From: Gemmataceae bacterium | Lineage (GTDB): Bacteria; Planctomycetota; Planctomycetia; Gemmatales; Gemmataceae | DNA: 64,000 bases | Direction of reading: 5' to 3' | Assembly: GCA_041694635.1 (NCBI GenBank) | Contig: JBDNHI010000103.1 | Coordinates: 50,829 to 114,828, forward strand | Shown: positions 32,775 to 42,337 of the stretch, one piece after another | Position numbering within the stretch: position 1 is the stretch's first letter | Layout of the letters: the number at the start of each line of letters is the position of its first letter | Notes under the pieces: model-generated | What the model was told of the DNA's origin: nothing | What the model saw: only the letters and a program-made list of their open reading frames with translations | Database searches by the model: none | Translations under genes and position numbers: made by a program

Positions 32775-33032
32775 TTATTTAGATGGAATCGGATTGTTAG
32801 GCTGAATTTGATTACCGATCGACCGGCGCAAAGATTCGACTTGGGAATCCATCTCGTTTTTCTTTTTAAACCCATCTGATATTGTGGTGAAATAAAAAAC
32901 AAATGCCATTACAACAATAAAAACAGTTTCTAACCCAAAATACCAATAAACAATTCCAATATCATTAGATTTTAGGTCTACCTTACGATAGTACCTAGGA
33001 ACCCAACTCCAGTGGATTATACTTTTGGTCAT
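32775..33032 (-). CDS. Small hypothetical membrane protein
   Basis: 85-aa ORF with one clear TM helix (GLETVFIVVMAFVFYFTTI). No recognisable family. Called only from ORF length and position. Confidence 0.4.
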   Translation of the reverse strand: MTKSIIHWSWVPRYYRKVDLKSNDIGIVYWYFGLETVFIVVMAFVFYFTTISDGFKKKNEMDSQVESLRRSIGNQIQPNNPIPSK

Positions 33033-33074
33033 AAATTCTAATCAAATCATAAAAACTAATAAATCTTAACTAAA

Positions 33075-33145
33075 TTACCCGGCTAGGACTCGAACCTAGA
33101 CAAAGAAAACCAAAATTTCTTGTGCTACCATTACACTACCGGGTA
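33075..33145 (-). tRNA. tRNA-Gln (anticodon UUG)
   Basis: Hand-folded on the minus strand. Acceptor is tacccgg/ccgggta (U1-A72), anticodon stem agaaa/tttct with loop ttTTGgt, and T arm ctagg-ttcgagt-cctag. Discriminator is A. Confidence 0.85.
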
Positions 33146-33260
33146 GTGGATGGGTTAAATCACCCATTGGTAGAATAGCGTTTGACGGATAAAGTTCCAA
33201 TAGTTTATTTAACAATCATCCAGAGAATTTATAGTCTCTCAAATTATTCAAGGCAAGTAG

Positions 33261-33575
33261 ATGAAACAATTAACCGTAGTCGTCCGACCTTTTTGCGCAG
33301 AAGCTGTCCTTGAAGCTTTGCAAAAAATGTCATTAAATTCTATCATTGTTCGCGAAGCCAAGGGATTTAGCAGGCAAAAGGGATACCTCGACCGCTACCA
33401 AGGAAGTGAATACAGTATGGCATTCATTCCAAAAGTTGAAATTACCGTTACGGTGGAAGACGAAAATGTTGCAGAAGTAGCAGAAAGAATTTCCAAAGTT
33501 GCAAGAACTGGAAGAATTGGCGATGGGAAAATATTTCAAATCGATTTAGCTCAAACCGAATCTATCGAATTTTAA
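33261..33575 (+). CDS. P-II family nitrogen-regulatory protein (short, 104 aa)
   Basis: MKQLTVVVRPF...IIVREAKGFSRQKGYLDRYQGSEYSMAFIPKVEITV is T-loop-like with a conserved Tyr. RTGRIGDGKIFQ is also present. Confidence 0.8.
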   Translation: MKQLTVVVRPFCAEAVLEALQKMSLNSIIVREAKGFSRQKGYLDRYQGSEYSMAFIPKVEITVTVEDENVAEVAERISKVARTGRIGDGKIFQIDLAQTESIEF

Positions 33576-33578
33576 ATC

Positions 33579-34313
33579 TCAACCAATCTTTAACCCTGAG
33601 CCAAATACACTTTGTAGTTTTTCTTTGGCTAACACTTCCGATGGTATCCCCTGTTCCGCAATAATGCCTCGGTGCAGGCACCAGACCTGATCTGCATAGG
33701 AAGTAACCAAGTTTAGGTCGTGGGAGACAAGTAATATTGTAACCCCCGTTTTTGTATTCAAATTTTTCAATAAGCCATAAAACTTATCGAGGTCTTGAAA
33801 ATCAATTCCCGCAGCGGGTTCATCCAGCAGCAAAAGTTCTGGGTTAGGTTGCATTGCCAGTGCTAATAAAAGGCGTTGCAATTCACCTCCGGAAAGTTTA
33901 TCTACAGGCCGGCCTAACATTTCAGGGGTTGAACCAACTTGTTCAAGCATCGCAATCATTTTTAGTTCGAGGCTTTTTTTTATCCCTAAAAAAATCGGGT
34001 TTTCCTGCATTGCTAATCCCAGAAAGTCTTTTACTGTCAAAGGCAACCCACCTTCCAATCTCAACTTCTGTGGCACATAACCAATATGCTGAGGGTCGGG
34101 TTTTTGATGAGCGTGCCCACAATAAAAATTTATTTCTCCAGTAAAAGGAATCTCTTTTACGATAGCCCTAAGAAGCGTGCTTTTACCTGCACCATTCAGC
34201 CCTATTAGGGAAGTAATCTTCCCTTTAAGTAACGAAGCATTAAGATTTTTTAGAACCTCGAAATTGCCTTGTTCTACAGAAAGGTTTTTTAAAGACAAAA
34301 GTGCTTGGTTCAT
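33579..34313 (-). CDS. Metal (Zn/Mn-type) ABC transporter ATP-binding protein
   Basis: Walker A GLNGAGKSTL, signature LSGGELQR and Walker B LLLLDEP. Its start overlaps the stop of the upstream binding-protein gene as ATGA. Confidence 0.85.
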   Translation of the reverse strand: MNQALLSLKNLSVEQGNFEVLKNLNASLLKGKITSLIGLNGAGKSTLLRAIVKEIPFTGEINFYCGHAHQKPDPQHIGYVPQKLRLEGGLPLTVKDFLGLAMQENPIFLGIKKSLELKMIAMLEQVGSTPEMLGRPVDKLSGGELQRLLLALAMQPNPELLLLDEPAAGIDFQDLDKFYGLLKNLNTKTGVTILLVSHDLNLVTSYADQVWCLHRGIIAEQGIPSEVLAKEKLQSVFGSGLKIG

Positions 34314-35275
34314 TGGAAATTCTTTGTCAAAGCTTCAAGGTTTTGCTTGTACTTTTTTTCAAACCATCCCGCAGCAAGTTCATTTGGAATGCAAGTTTCC
34401 AAAGGGTCTATTTCAACTAAAGGTATTTCTAAACCTTTTTTCTTAAGTTCTTCCTGAAGCAATTTTGCAGATGAGCTTCGTGGGTATTGCGGTTCTACTG
34501 CAATAAACGAGGGCCTTTTATCTAAGCATAATTTAACGATGGCAGCTAACTCTGGAGAGTTTGGTTCACCTCCGGGGGCTTTTTGTATAACACCCGCAAT
34601 TTCAATCCCAAATGAAGATGCCATATAGCTAAGGGATTCGTGAAAAGTCACCATCACTTTATTCTTTTTGTTTTCCAATGCACTTTTTCCATCTTTCTGA
34701 ATTTGTTCAACCTCTGCATAAAGGTTTGCAGCACTAAGTTTATAAGCTTCGGCCCCTTCAGGATCAATACTACTAAGCTCATCTCGAATAGCATTGATCA
34801 TTAAAAGAACTTGAGTCATTCCCAGCCAAAGGTGGGGGTCAAAACTGCCGTGATTATGACCAGCATGTGGGCCCGTTTTAATTTCCTTAGTTTCTATTCG
34901 CTGCGATTTAGGGATTTTATTACTTAATCTGCAAAACTGAAGTTTAGGGTTTGATGCATCTTTAGAAAGCCTTTCGACAAAAAGATTATCGAGATCTAAA
35001 CCGTTATAAAAAAACAGGTCTGCTTTGCGTAACAAGATGGTATCTTGAGCATTAAAGGTATAATCGTGTGGCCCGGTGGTGGTGCAGATAGAAATCACCG
35101 CAGCACGGTCGCCAGCAATAGACTTGACCAAGCTATAAATAGGGGGAAAACTAACGAGGACTTTGATTTTTCCAGGAAGGCCCTGCCAAGGATCGGGCAT
35201 AAAAGAACAGCCAGAAAGCAACAAAAAGATTGGTAAAACTGTAAGAATTAGCGTATTTTTTACAAACTGCAACAT
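34310..35275 (-). CDS. Metal ABC transporter substrate-binding lipoprotein (ZnuA/TroA family)
   Basis: Lipobox LLSGC. His-rich loop GPHAGHNHGSFDPHLW. FHESLSYMASSFG is present. Confidence 0.85.
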   Translation of the reverse strand: MLQFVKNTLILTVLPIFLLLSGCSFMPDPWQGLPGKIKVLVSFPPIYSLVKSIAGDRAAVISICTTTGPHDYTFNAQDTILLRKADLFFYNGLDLDNLFVERLSKDASNPKLQFCRLSNKIPKSQRIETKEIKTGPHAGHNHGSFDPHLWLGMTQVLLMINAIRDELSSIDPEGAEAYKLSAANLYAEVEQIQKDGKSALENKKNKVMVTFHESLSYMASSFGIEIAGVIQKAPGGEPNSPELAAIVKLCLDKRPSFIAVEPQYPRSSSAKLLQEELKKKGLEIPLVEIDPLETCIPNELAAGWFEKKYKQNLEALTKNFQ

Positions 35276-35405
35276 AGTAAAGCCCACTAGAAATACATTG
35301 TAATACCATCAGTATACTACCAATTTATTTCTATTTCAATTATTCAATCCTTATTTACCAAACTTCATCAGAATCAAATTCCTTTTGTTGGTTTTTATTT
35401 AATAT

Positions 35406-37064
35406 TCACTGCGTGTCTTTTGATAACATTGATTTTATCTTTTCATACCCTTCTTTTTTAAAAAGGGTTTTTACTGAACCATCCGCAAAAGCAATCACGA
35501 TTCCATTCAAAAACCCTTTTAGCAGATCATCGCCCTGCAAATTAAAATCAACTTCCCAATCTTCGGGTTTAGTCCAGACAACTGCCTTATCGCTGGGAAC
35601 TTGTAAAAGCAAAATAGTTTTCGACACCTCATTTTTAATTTGTTTCAGGCTTGTAGTTTGGCCATTGGGTGGAAAGAGGGTAGTCTCCGCAACTGGGACA
35701 AGGAAAGTAGTTATACCTTTTTCTTGATCACTGGAAGAATCTCTAAAAACAGGGGGAATTCTGCGAATCAATTTTTTGTTGTGATCGCTATCCCACTGTT
35801 CATTCTGTCTGAATTGTTTGTAAAGAATATTATGGCCAAGAAAAGGAAGAATTTGGACGCGCCAGCTAAGGAGTGGTTTGCTTTCTTTGGAATGAATTGC
35901 AGAAGGGGGAAACTTTCCTTTTTCTTTATGATATAGCAATAAGGCATTGGCAATGGTTTTGGCTTGATTCATTGAAAATGCAGTTTTTGCAATGGCCTGT
36001 TGCTGCTCAGCAATTTTGGCCGCTATTTCAAAATAAGGTTCAAAATCCTCAATCAAAATATGGATTTTATCATCTTCTAAAGTCACCGATTTAACTAGGG
36101 CAGCTATCGCTTTAAACGCTGGATCTTTGCCTACTTCTTCTAAGGAATTTTTCATTAGGTCGGGCACCATCTGAACCATTTTTAAAATTTCATTAAAAAG
36201 ATCTTTTGCAATCGATTTTTCTTTGGTTTGAATCATCATCTGCATTTTCCAAGGATCCAGATGGGTTCCAAATGTTATTAATTTAATTCCATTTGCAAGC
36301 TGGCTAGGTGTTTGCTTGAAAGTTTCATTCTTTTTTAGAGAAGGGAAAATTTTTAGTAGGTCAAATTGATTTTCTTTAGAAGAAAAAAGCATCACACTTA
36401 GAGGTAAATTTCCGAGATCATCAAAAACCTTGGCTATTTCTCTTTGAGAGTAAATTTCTCTTTGAGAGTAAATTTCTCTTTGAGAGTAAATTTCTTTTTG
36501 AGGGAAAATTTCTTTTTGAGTAAATTTATCCCCCGGCTTTGACCTATTTAAAGGTTCCAACAGATAGAACCCATTTTCTTCCTTAATCAACAAGGAAACA
36601 GTAAAAAGTGAATCGGGCACCCTTTTAATTTGCTGTCCACCCAAGGTTTTCAAATTGAAGGGTAAAGGTATTAATTTAAGTAGGTTGAGCAAATCTTCGG
36701 TTTTTACATTGGGTTTTGTTTTGATGATAATTGAAGGAAAGAAATAAGTTGTAATATTTTGGTGACCTGACACCAGCCAAATTTCTTGAACAACTTGATC
36801 GATGCTAGCTTTTTGAAAATTAAGCAAAAGTCCGTAGGTAAAAGCTTCTGCAGGGGAAATAACTTTTTTTTGAACTAGGACAGTTAAGATTTTAGAAACA
36901 TTAATTTTGCTTGGGAGAATTCGGGCTAGCATAAAACTTTGATCATCAAGGAAAGGTAGAACTTTTGCTGTAGGCGATTGCGCTAACAAGCCAGTTAAAG
37001 GCAAAAGTAAAAGTAAATAAGCAGAGAAGAATTTTAACATAGCCAACCTTTTATTAAACTTCAT
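35406..37064 (-). CDS. Secreted protein with a C-terminal DUF1559-like region and an internal hexapeptide repeat
   Basis: Sec-type signal from ATG 37064 (MKFNKRLAMLKFFSAYLLLLLPLTGLLA). The C-terminus has LLSWRVQILPFLGHNILYKQFRQNEQWDSDHNKKL and FADGSVKTL, as in DUF1559. There is no prepilin N-terminus. Confidence 0.7.
   Translation of the reverse strand: MKFNKRLAMLKFFSAYLLLLLPLTGLLAQSPTAKVLPFLDDQSFMLARILPSKINVSKILTVLVQKKVISPAEAFTYGLLLNFQKASIDQVVQEIWLVSGHQNITTYFFPSIIIKTKPNVKTEDLLNLLKLIPLPFNLKTLGGQQIKRVPDSLFTVSLLIKEENGFYLLEPLNRSKPGDKFTQKEIFPQKEIYSQREIYSQREIYSQREIAKVFDDLGNLPLSVMLFSSKENQFDLLKIFPSLKKNETFKQTPSQLANGIKLITFGTHLDPWKMQMMIQTKEKSIAKDLFNEILKMVQMVPDLMKNSLEEVGKDPAFKAIAALVKSVTLEDDKIHILIEDFEPYFEIAAKIAEQQQAIAKTAFSMNQAKTIANALLLYHKEKGKFPPSAIHSKESKPLLSWRVQILPFLGHNILYKQFRQNEQWDSDHNKKLIRRIPPVFRDSSSDQEKGITTFLVPVAETTLFPPNGQTTSLKQIKNEVSKTILLLQVPSDKAVVWTKPEDWEVDFNLQGDDLLKGFLNGIVIAFADGSVKTLFKKEGYEKIKSMLSKDTQ
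36436..36523. repeat. 18-bp tandem repeat (3 perfect + 2 degenerate units) inside the 35406-37064 gene
   Basis: atttctctttgagagtaa occurs at 36436-36453, 36454-36471 and 36472-36489, then two variants. On the coding strand it encodes (KEIFPQ)(KEIYSQ)(REIYSQ)x2 followed by REI. Confidence 0.9.
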
Positions 37065-38124
37065 TGGAAGTAGGCACGGGAAGAACGACTTTATATTTGA
37101 GAGCCAATTCCTGAATTTGTTGCCAAGTTCCATCATCAAGGAACAAGCCAGATTTAAGCCTTTTAGTTTTTTCGGCAGCTTCTAGCTGGCCTGGTAAAAT
37201 AATATCGTGGGTTACTCCGTCCGCCTTAGGGCAATCTTGAACATTTGCACTAAGGCTAGTTGTTTCATTTAAAAAATGAGTAATTCCAGCAAACTTCTCG
37301 GGGTTTAAAAGTAAGAAGAAAACAGCATTGGCAGATTTGCTTTCTACACCAGGGGTACTACAAGGCGCACCCGAAAGCCCGCCCGCAAACATATCTAAAA
37401 GCAAGCCCAAGCCAAAACCTTTGTAGGATTGCTGGGCACCTAGAGGTAAAATCGTTCCCTTTGGGTCGTGGTATAAAACCCCTGGGTCGTTGGTAGGCTT
37501 GCCTTCAGAATCAAGCAACCAGCCATCCGGGACAGGAATTTTTTTATTATAGTTCACTCGAACTTTTCCTTCAGCACAGACACTGGTACCAATATCAAGA
37601 ACGACGGGGTTATGAAGAGTTGGCGCACCTATACAGATTGGATTCGTAGAGATTCTTCCAACTTTTCCCCCAGGCGGCGCTACAGCCCTGCCAAAACCGT
37701 GGTTGTTAACGGTGGCCAAGAATGCCATTTTATGCCAAGCAGCTTCCTCGGCATATTCGCCCAATCTGCCGATATGACCACAATTCTTAAGCGATCCAGC
37801 AGCAACCCCTGTAATGGTTGCCTTTGCGATAAGTTTTTCGAGTAATCGGTAAGCTTGAACTTGTCCTAGGTTCCAACTCCCATCAGCAGAAATTGCACTA
37901 ATGGTTTCGGTAAGAACTAAAAAAGGAGCCCCTGGTTTAAGAATTCCGGCTTCAATTGCTTTGATATATTGAATCACCCGGATCACGCCGTGCGAATCGT
38001 GACCACAAAGATTGGCATCCACCAAGCTACTTGCCACCCTTAGAGCTTCCTCTGGTGGAACTTTTGCGGCCTTAAACATTTCCTTAGCAAATTCAAGCAA
38101 TTTATCACAATCAAACCTTGGCAT
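37054..38124 (-). CDS. Ldh_2 family oxidoreductase (malate/L-lactate dehydrogenase family 2)
   Basis: NLCGHDSHGVIRV, NCGHIGRLGEY and ISTNPICIGAP are typical Ldh_2 motifs. Confidence 0.85.
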   Translation of the reverse strand: MPRFDCDKLLEFAKEMFKAAKVPPEEALRVASSLVDANLCGHDSHGVIRVIQYIKAIEAGILKPGAPFLVLTETISAISADGSWNLGQVQAYRLLEKLIAKATITGVAAGSLKNCGHIGRLGEYAEEAAWHKMAFLATVNNHGFGRAVAPPGGKVGRISTNPICIGAPTLHNPVVLDIGTSVCAEGKVRVNYNKKIPVPDGWLLDSEGKPTNDPGVLYHDPKGTILPLGAQQSYKGFGLGLLLDMFAGGLSGAPCSTPGVESKSANAVFFLLLNPEKFAGITHFLNETTSLSANVQDCPKADGVTHDIILPGQLEAAEKTKRLKSGLFLDDGTWQQIQELALKYKVVLPVPTSNEV

Positions 38125-38214
38125 AATGTTTTTTCCTTGATTCTCTGCATTTCCTGATGGATTAACTTCCTAAGGTTCTAACATAAATAGATTACCGTAA
38201 CCGAGGATAAAAAA

Positions 38215-39240
38215 ATGCCATTTAAAATTACAACTGTAAAGCGACAAGATGTTACTTCACGAGACGGCACCCTCATTACCTTACATAGCCCCAAGGGTGC
38301 TAGTGCGACCATTTATCCAGCATTAGGATTTAACTGCTATTCTTGGATCGTACCTTCTTCAGAAGGCAACCTCGATATTCTCTACCAAGACTCAGAATTA
38401 TTTCCCAATGGACGGCCCACCCGCAGTGGTATCCCTGTGCTTTTCCCTTACCCCAACCGTATCCGCGATGCCCAATTTAATTGGGAAGGCAAATCTTATT
38501 CTCTACCACGCAACGACAATATTAAAAAACATAACATTCACGGCTTTGCGGTGCGAAGTCCTTGGCGAATTATAGAACAAGGAGCCGATGAACAATCTGC
38601 TTTGGTTTGCGGTGAATTTCAAATTTCAAAAGATGCACCGGAATCTGTTTCTTGCTGGCCCACCGATGCAATCTTACGCCTAACCTACCGACTTAAAGAA
38701 TCCTCACTTTCCATCGATGCCGAAGTTTTTAATCCTGACACTAAAACTCTCCCTTTTGGATTAGGTTATCACCCTTATTTTAATTTACCTTTTATACCTG
38801 GCATTGCTTCTGACGATTGTGCATTACAGTGTGGCGCAAAATCGTACTGGCATCTGGATGAATGTTTACCCGATGGCAGAAAAATTCCAGTCGATGCTTC
38901 TCGTGACCTTAACCAACTTCGTAAGATGAAGGGTTTTCAGGTTGATGATGTTCTTACCGATCTGCCAAATTACAAGGCAGGGCCAAACGGATTAATGGAA
39001 AGAGGCCGCATTCTAGCTGCAAAAAACCACGCCTTGGTTTTGTATTGTGATAACACTTGGCGCGATATGGTTGTTTTCACTCCTGGCCCTCGAACCAGCG
39101 TTTGCATCGAGCCCTACACTTGTGTTACCGATGCGATTAATTTACATCAAAATGGGGTTGAAACTGGACTTATCACACTTCCCCCATCAGGCAAACATAA
39201 ATCACTTGTCGAATTGCATATCGAATCAGTAGGTTCATAG
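38215..39240 (+). CDS. Aldose 1-epimerase family protein
   Basis: GIPVLFPYPNRI, HGFAVRSPW, FGLGYHPYF and CIEPYT. Confidence 0.8.
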   Translation: MPFKITTVKRQDVTSRDGTLITLHSPKGASATIYPALGFNCYSWIVPSSEGNLDILYQDSELFPNGRPTRSGIPVLFPYPNRIRDAQFNWEGKSYSLPRNDNIKKHNIHGFAVRSPWRIIEQGADEQSALVCGEFQISKDAPESVSCWPTDAILRLTYRLKESSLSIDAEVFNPDTKTLPFGLGYHPYFNLPFIPGIASDDCALQCGAKSYWHLDECLPDGRKIPVDASRDLNQLRKMKGFQVDDVLTDLPNYKAGPNGLMERGRILAAKNHALVLYCDNTWRDMVVFTPGPRTSVCIEPYTCVTDAINLHQNGVETGLITLPPSGKHKSLVELHIESVGS

Positions 39241-39254
39241 AAAAGAGCATAGCC

Positions 39255-40388
39255 ATGGCGAAGAAAAAAAAACTTGTGTCTTTGAGTAAAATTTATCCTC
39301 CAAAATCTTTATTGCAGAGGATTAAACCTCCCTTTGCAATTATTTTAGGCTCTCCATCGGATGTGGTTAACCTGTTACAGTCAAGCCCTCACAAGGAAGC
39401 TGTCTGCTATCAGATGGACTTATTTCAAGCCGCAAGGCTCGAACATATGTTGCAGGAAGCGAACCTACCTGCAACGGTTCGTGTAGAACCCGACCTTTGG
39501 AATATAGGAAACGATTTTGCCTCTGCGGTTTATCTTCCAGCAAGATCAGGCGAGCGGGAATTAAAAATTGATATGGTCGAACAGGGGTTCCATATTTTAA
39601 AAGACTCCGGATTATTTCTTATTTGGTCCGCACAACCGAATGAAAGTCTGTTTCCCCCGGTACTAAAAAAAATCTACAAGAAAGTGCACATTCATCAGGA
39701 AGGCGACACCACCTTTTTATGGTGCCAAAAATCAGGGGAACGACCCAGAAGAAGGCACGAGGTCACATTCCAATGCAGAGTGAGCCAAGGCGAATCGATG
39801 AGATTTCTTTCGCGACCTGGCACTTTTTCCTACGGAAAATTTGATGCGGGATCTCGGGCACTTTGTGAAGTTATGAGCCTTCGAACTGGGCAAAATATCG
39901 TGGATTTAGGCTGTGGCTGTGGAACTAATGGCATCTTTGCATCCAAAAAAGTTGGCCCAGATGCTAAAATTACTTTCGTCGATAGCAATCTTCGTGCTCT
40001 TGAACTTGCTAAGATTAATGCCGAAGCCAATGGGCTTACCAATTTCGAAATCGTTGCCACAGCTTCGGTCACGGGGCCATCTCTTACTTTAAATTCATTC
40101 GATATCGCCCTTGCGAACCCTCCCTATTTTGCGAACCATTCCATCGCGCTTTTATTCATTCAGCGCTCCTACGAATTACTGAAACGCTCGGGCAGTTTCT
40201 TTATGGTCACTAAGCAACCTAATGAAATGGTGCAACTTATGACCGATGCTAATTATGAAGTAGAAGGTGCAGAAACGCGGGGTTATACCGTTTTAATGCA
40301 CCGTGGCCCAGCTGCCCGCGAAGATATGGAAGCTATTTCATTTGCCCAAGAATACAGCGATGATAATGATGAGGAACCATCTCAATAA
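39255..40388 (+). CDS. Class I SAM-dependent methyltransferase (RsmC/RlmG-like two-domain rRNA methyltransferase)
   Basis: The C-terminal domain has VDLGCGCGTNG (SAM motif I) and ALANPPYF (NPPY-type motif IV). The N-terminal domain is non-catalytic but MTase-like. Confidence 0.75.
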   Translation: MAKKKKLVSLSKIYPPKSLLQRIKPPFAIILGSPSDVVNLLQSSPHKEAVCYQMDLFQAARLEHMLQEANLPATVRVEPDLWNIGNDFASAVYLPARSGERELKIDMVEQGFHILKDSGLFLIWSAQPNESLFPPVLKKIYKKVHIHQEGDTTFLWCQKSGERPRRRHEVTFQCRVSQGESMRFLSRPGTFSYGKFDAGSRALCEVMSLRTGQNIVDLGCGCGTNGIFASKKVGPDAKITFVDSNLRALELAKINAEANGLTNFEIVATASVTGPSLTLNSFDIALANPPYFANHSIALLFIQRSYELLKRSGSFFMVTKQPNEMVQLMTDANYEVEGAETRGYTVLMHRGPAAREDMEAISFAQEYSDDNDEEPSQ

Positions 40389-42205
40389 TATTCAAATCCA
40401 ATTTGAAAAATTATTCTACCATCTGAAAGCTTTTGAATATGTGTGATATGCAAGGGCCACCCACCTTGCTTAACGGGGGTGCTAGAAGGAATGGTAGCAG
40501 GCGTAAAATTTTGGTTTGATTTACTAGGATAAGGCACCAATTCTAGAAATCTACCTGGCCCCGCAGGACCAGATATCCCGTGCGATTCTTCCAAACTTGG
40601 TTTTCCATCCACCACTCGCCAAATAAGCAAGCCTTCCCCAGGAAGATTTTTGTCGAAGTTTTTTCGACTTCGATTTTCAAGCAAGAAATATTCAGTCCCA
40701 TCTGGCCTTACTGGAATCTTGATGCATTCCGAATTATTTCCCTCGATTGGCGAAAGTATTAATTTCTGTGCAACCCTAGGATCAATCAGAGTTGGAGTCA
40801 GCCACTCCATTTGCTCCTTGCACCAAGCGCTAAAATGAACAGGCCGTCCTTCTTGCCCTGCGCCATTAGCCATACTACACCAAAGGCCAAGGCCCTCCAT
40901 ATCGGGAACTTCGGGGCGTGCATAAAGATCAGGAAGGCCAAGCATATGGCCAAATTCGTGACAAATTACGCTTATGGTTGACATTCGATCGCCACCCTCG
41001 GGGGAAATGAAATAGGAATATCTTTTGCCTTTATAAAAATGAGTAGCCCGATGAGGCCAAAGAATATTACCGCGAGAAACTGGAGCGCGAGCCCCCGCAT
41101 ATAAAAGAAAAACCCCGTCAAAGTCTTGCAATGCTTTCTCACCATCTCGGGTCAAAATTGCGGATAAGGCATAATCAAGGATTGCAGTTCGGGGAGACCC
41201 CGCTGCATATTCCATTCGCTTTTTCTCAACCGAAATAGGGGCAAAAACCTTTCCCTCAATTTTGCACTTGCCTTCAGATATCTCTGCATAAAAATCATTC
41301 ATACTGCCATACACTTTTTGCCCAGTTGCATTCTTATCATTAAAAGAATTCGAGCTAAAAATAGCAGATTCCCAGTCTGAAGCTTTAATCTTTTCATTCA
41401 ACTTCTGATCGGGAAATTCAACTAACACTATCGCCAATTTATAAGCAGGCTTTTTAAACAATTTCCGGTCTCGGTCATTCCAACTTTTACCAGCTTCATC
41501 GCCTAGATCAACATCTAAGCGAACTTCTAAGCTAAGAGGTTTATTTTCCCGCTGTACGGTCATACGAAGAATATCGCCCGCCTTTTTTACTTCGACCAAA
41601 TTGCTTAAAGAGGTGTTGGATGTTAATTTTTTCCCATTAACTGCTATTACGATATCGCCTGTTTTAACCCCTGCTTTTTCCGCAGGGCTTCCCGGAATAA
41701 TACTTTTAACTTCCAACCGGGTTTGATTCTTATCGGGTTGAAGAGAAATTCCCAATCTGGTCTTGGGTTGGTTGGTTAAAGGGTTACTCCAAGCGATTGC
41801 CAAGAGTTCAAATTCCTTCTCCGCAGTATCTCTCTTAACTAAAACTTTAACTTTATCGTTTTCGCGAATTTCCATTAAGAAAAGGCGTAGGGTTTCGATA
41901 TCGGTAATTTTTTTACCCAAGATACTAAGTAAGATGTCGCCTTTTTTGATTCCTGCTTTACTTGCAGCGGATTCAATTTCAGTTTCTAATACGACCGGCC
42001 CTAACTCTTTTTTCCATTCAAATCTTATTCCAAGCCTACCTGAATTTTTACCCAACCGATTGAGGTCTGATTTTTCAAACTTAAACTTCTCTGCTTTGGA
42101 GATCGGCTTATATCCTTCAAGATTTGGTTCTTCTGCGGGTAGAAATTCTGCACACAAAACCATCCCCAGACAAATTATTAACAAAACCGCAAATGTGTTT
42201 TTCAT
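40382..42205 (-). CDS. Secreted M6-like (immune inhibitor A-type) metalloprotease with two N-terminal PDZ domains
   Basis: Signal peptide plus two PDZ-like units (SKAGIKKGDILLSILGKKI and SPAEKAGVKTGDIVIAVNGKKL). The zinc motif is HEFGHMLGLPDLY. The 3' end overlaps the convergent methyltransferase gene by 7 nt. Confidence 0.85.
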   Translation of the reverse strand: MKNTFAVLLIICLGMVLCAEFLPAEEPNLEGYKPISKAEKFKFEKSDLNRLGKNSGRLGIRFEWKKELGPVVLETEIESAASKAGIKKGDILLSILGKKITDIETLRLFLMEIRENDKVKVLVKRDTAEKEFELLAIAWSNPLTNQPKTRLGISLQPDKNQTRLEVKSIIPGSPAEKAGVKTGDIVIAVNGKKLTSNTSLSNLVEVKKAGDILRMTVQRENKPLSLEVRLDVDLGDEAGKSWNDRDRKLFKKPAYKLAIVLVEFPDQKLNEKIKASDWESAIFSSNSFNDKNATGQKVYGSMNDFYAEISEGKCKIEGKVFAPISVEKKRMEYAAGSPRTAILDYALSAILTRDGEKALQDFDGVFLLYAGARAPVSRGNILWPHRATHFYKGKRYSYFISPEGGDRMSTISVICHEFGHMLGLPDLYARPEVPDMEGLGLWCSMANGAGQEGRPVHFSAWCKEQMEWLTPTLIDPRVAQKLILSPIEGNNSECIKIPVRPDGTEYFLLENRSRKNFDKNLPGEGLLIWRVVDGKPSLEESHGISGPAGPGRFLELVPYPSKSNQNFTPATIPSSTPVKQGGWPLHITHIQKLSDGRIIFQIGFEYY

Positions 42206-42337
42206 CTTAAATTTTCCCTTATATCGAAAAGTAACTTAATTTAGCTTATTAATAATTCATTTTCTCATAAAATAACAACTACAGGCAAGCAATTTGCACC
42301 CTGTTCTCACTTAGTTTTAATCTCTGAAAGTATTACT

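Noticed and set aside
36436-36523. Tandem repeats as a possible CRISPR array (also the 24-bp repeat pair at 11553-11608)
   Set aside because: The 18-bp units are contiguous with no spacers and lie in frame inside a gene. The 24-bp repeat has only two copies with an 8-bp spacer. No cas genes are present.
41763-42239. 158-aa ORF on the plus strand
   Set aside because: It is antisense to the PDZ/signal-peptide part of the M6 protease gene. Its composition is low-complexity and Ser/Leu/Phe-rich, as expected from an antisense reading.
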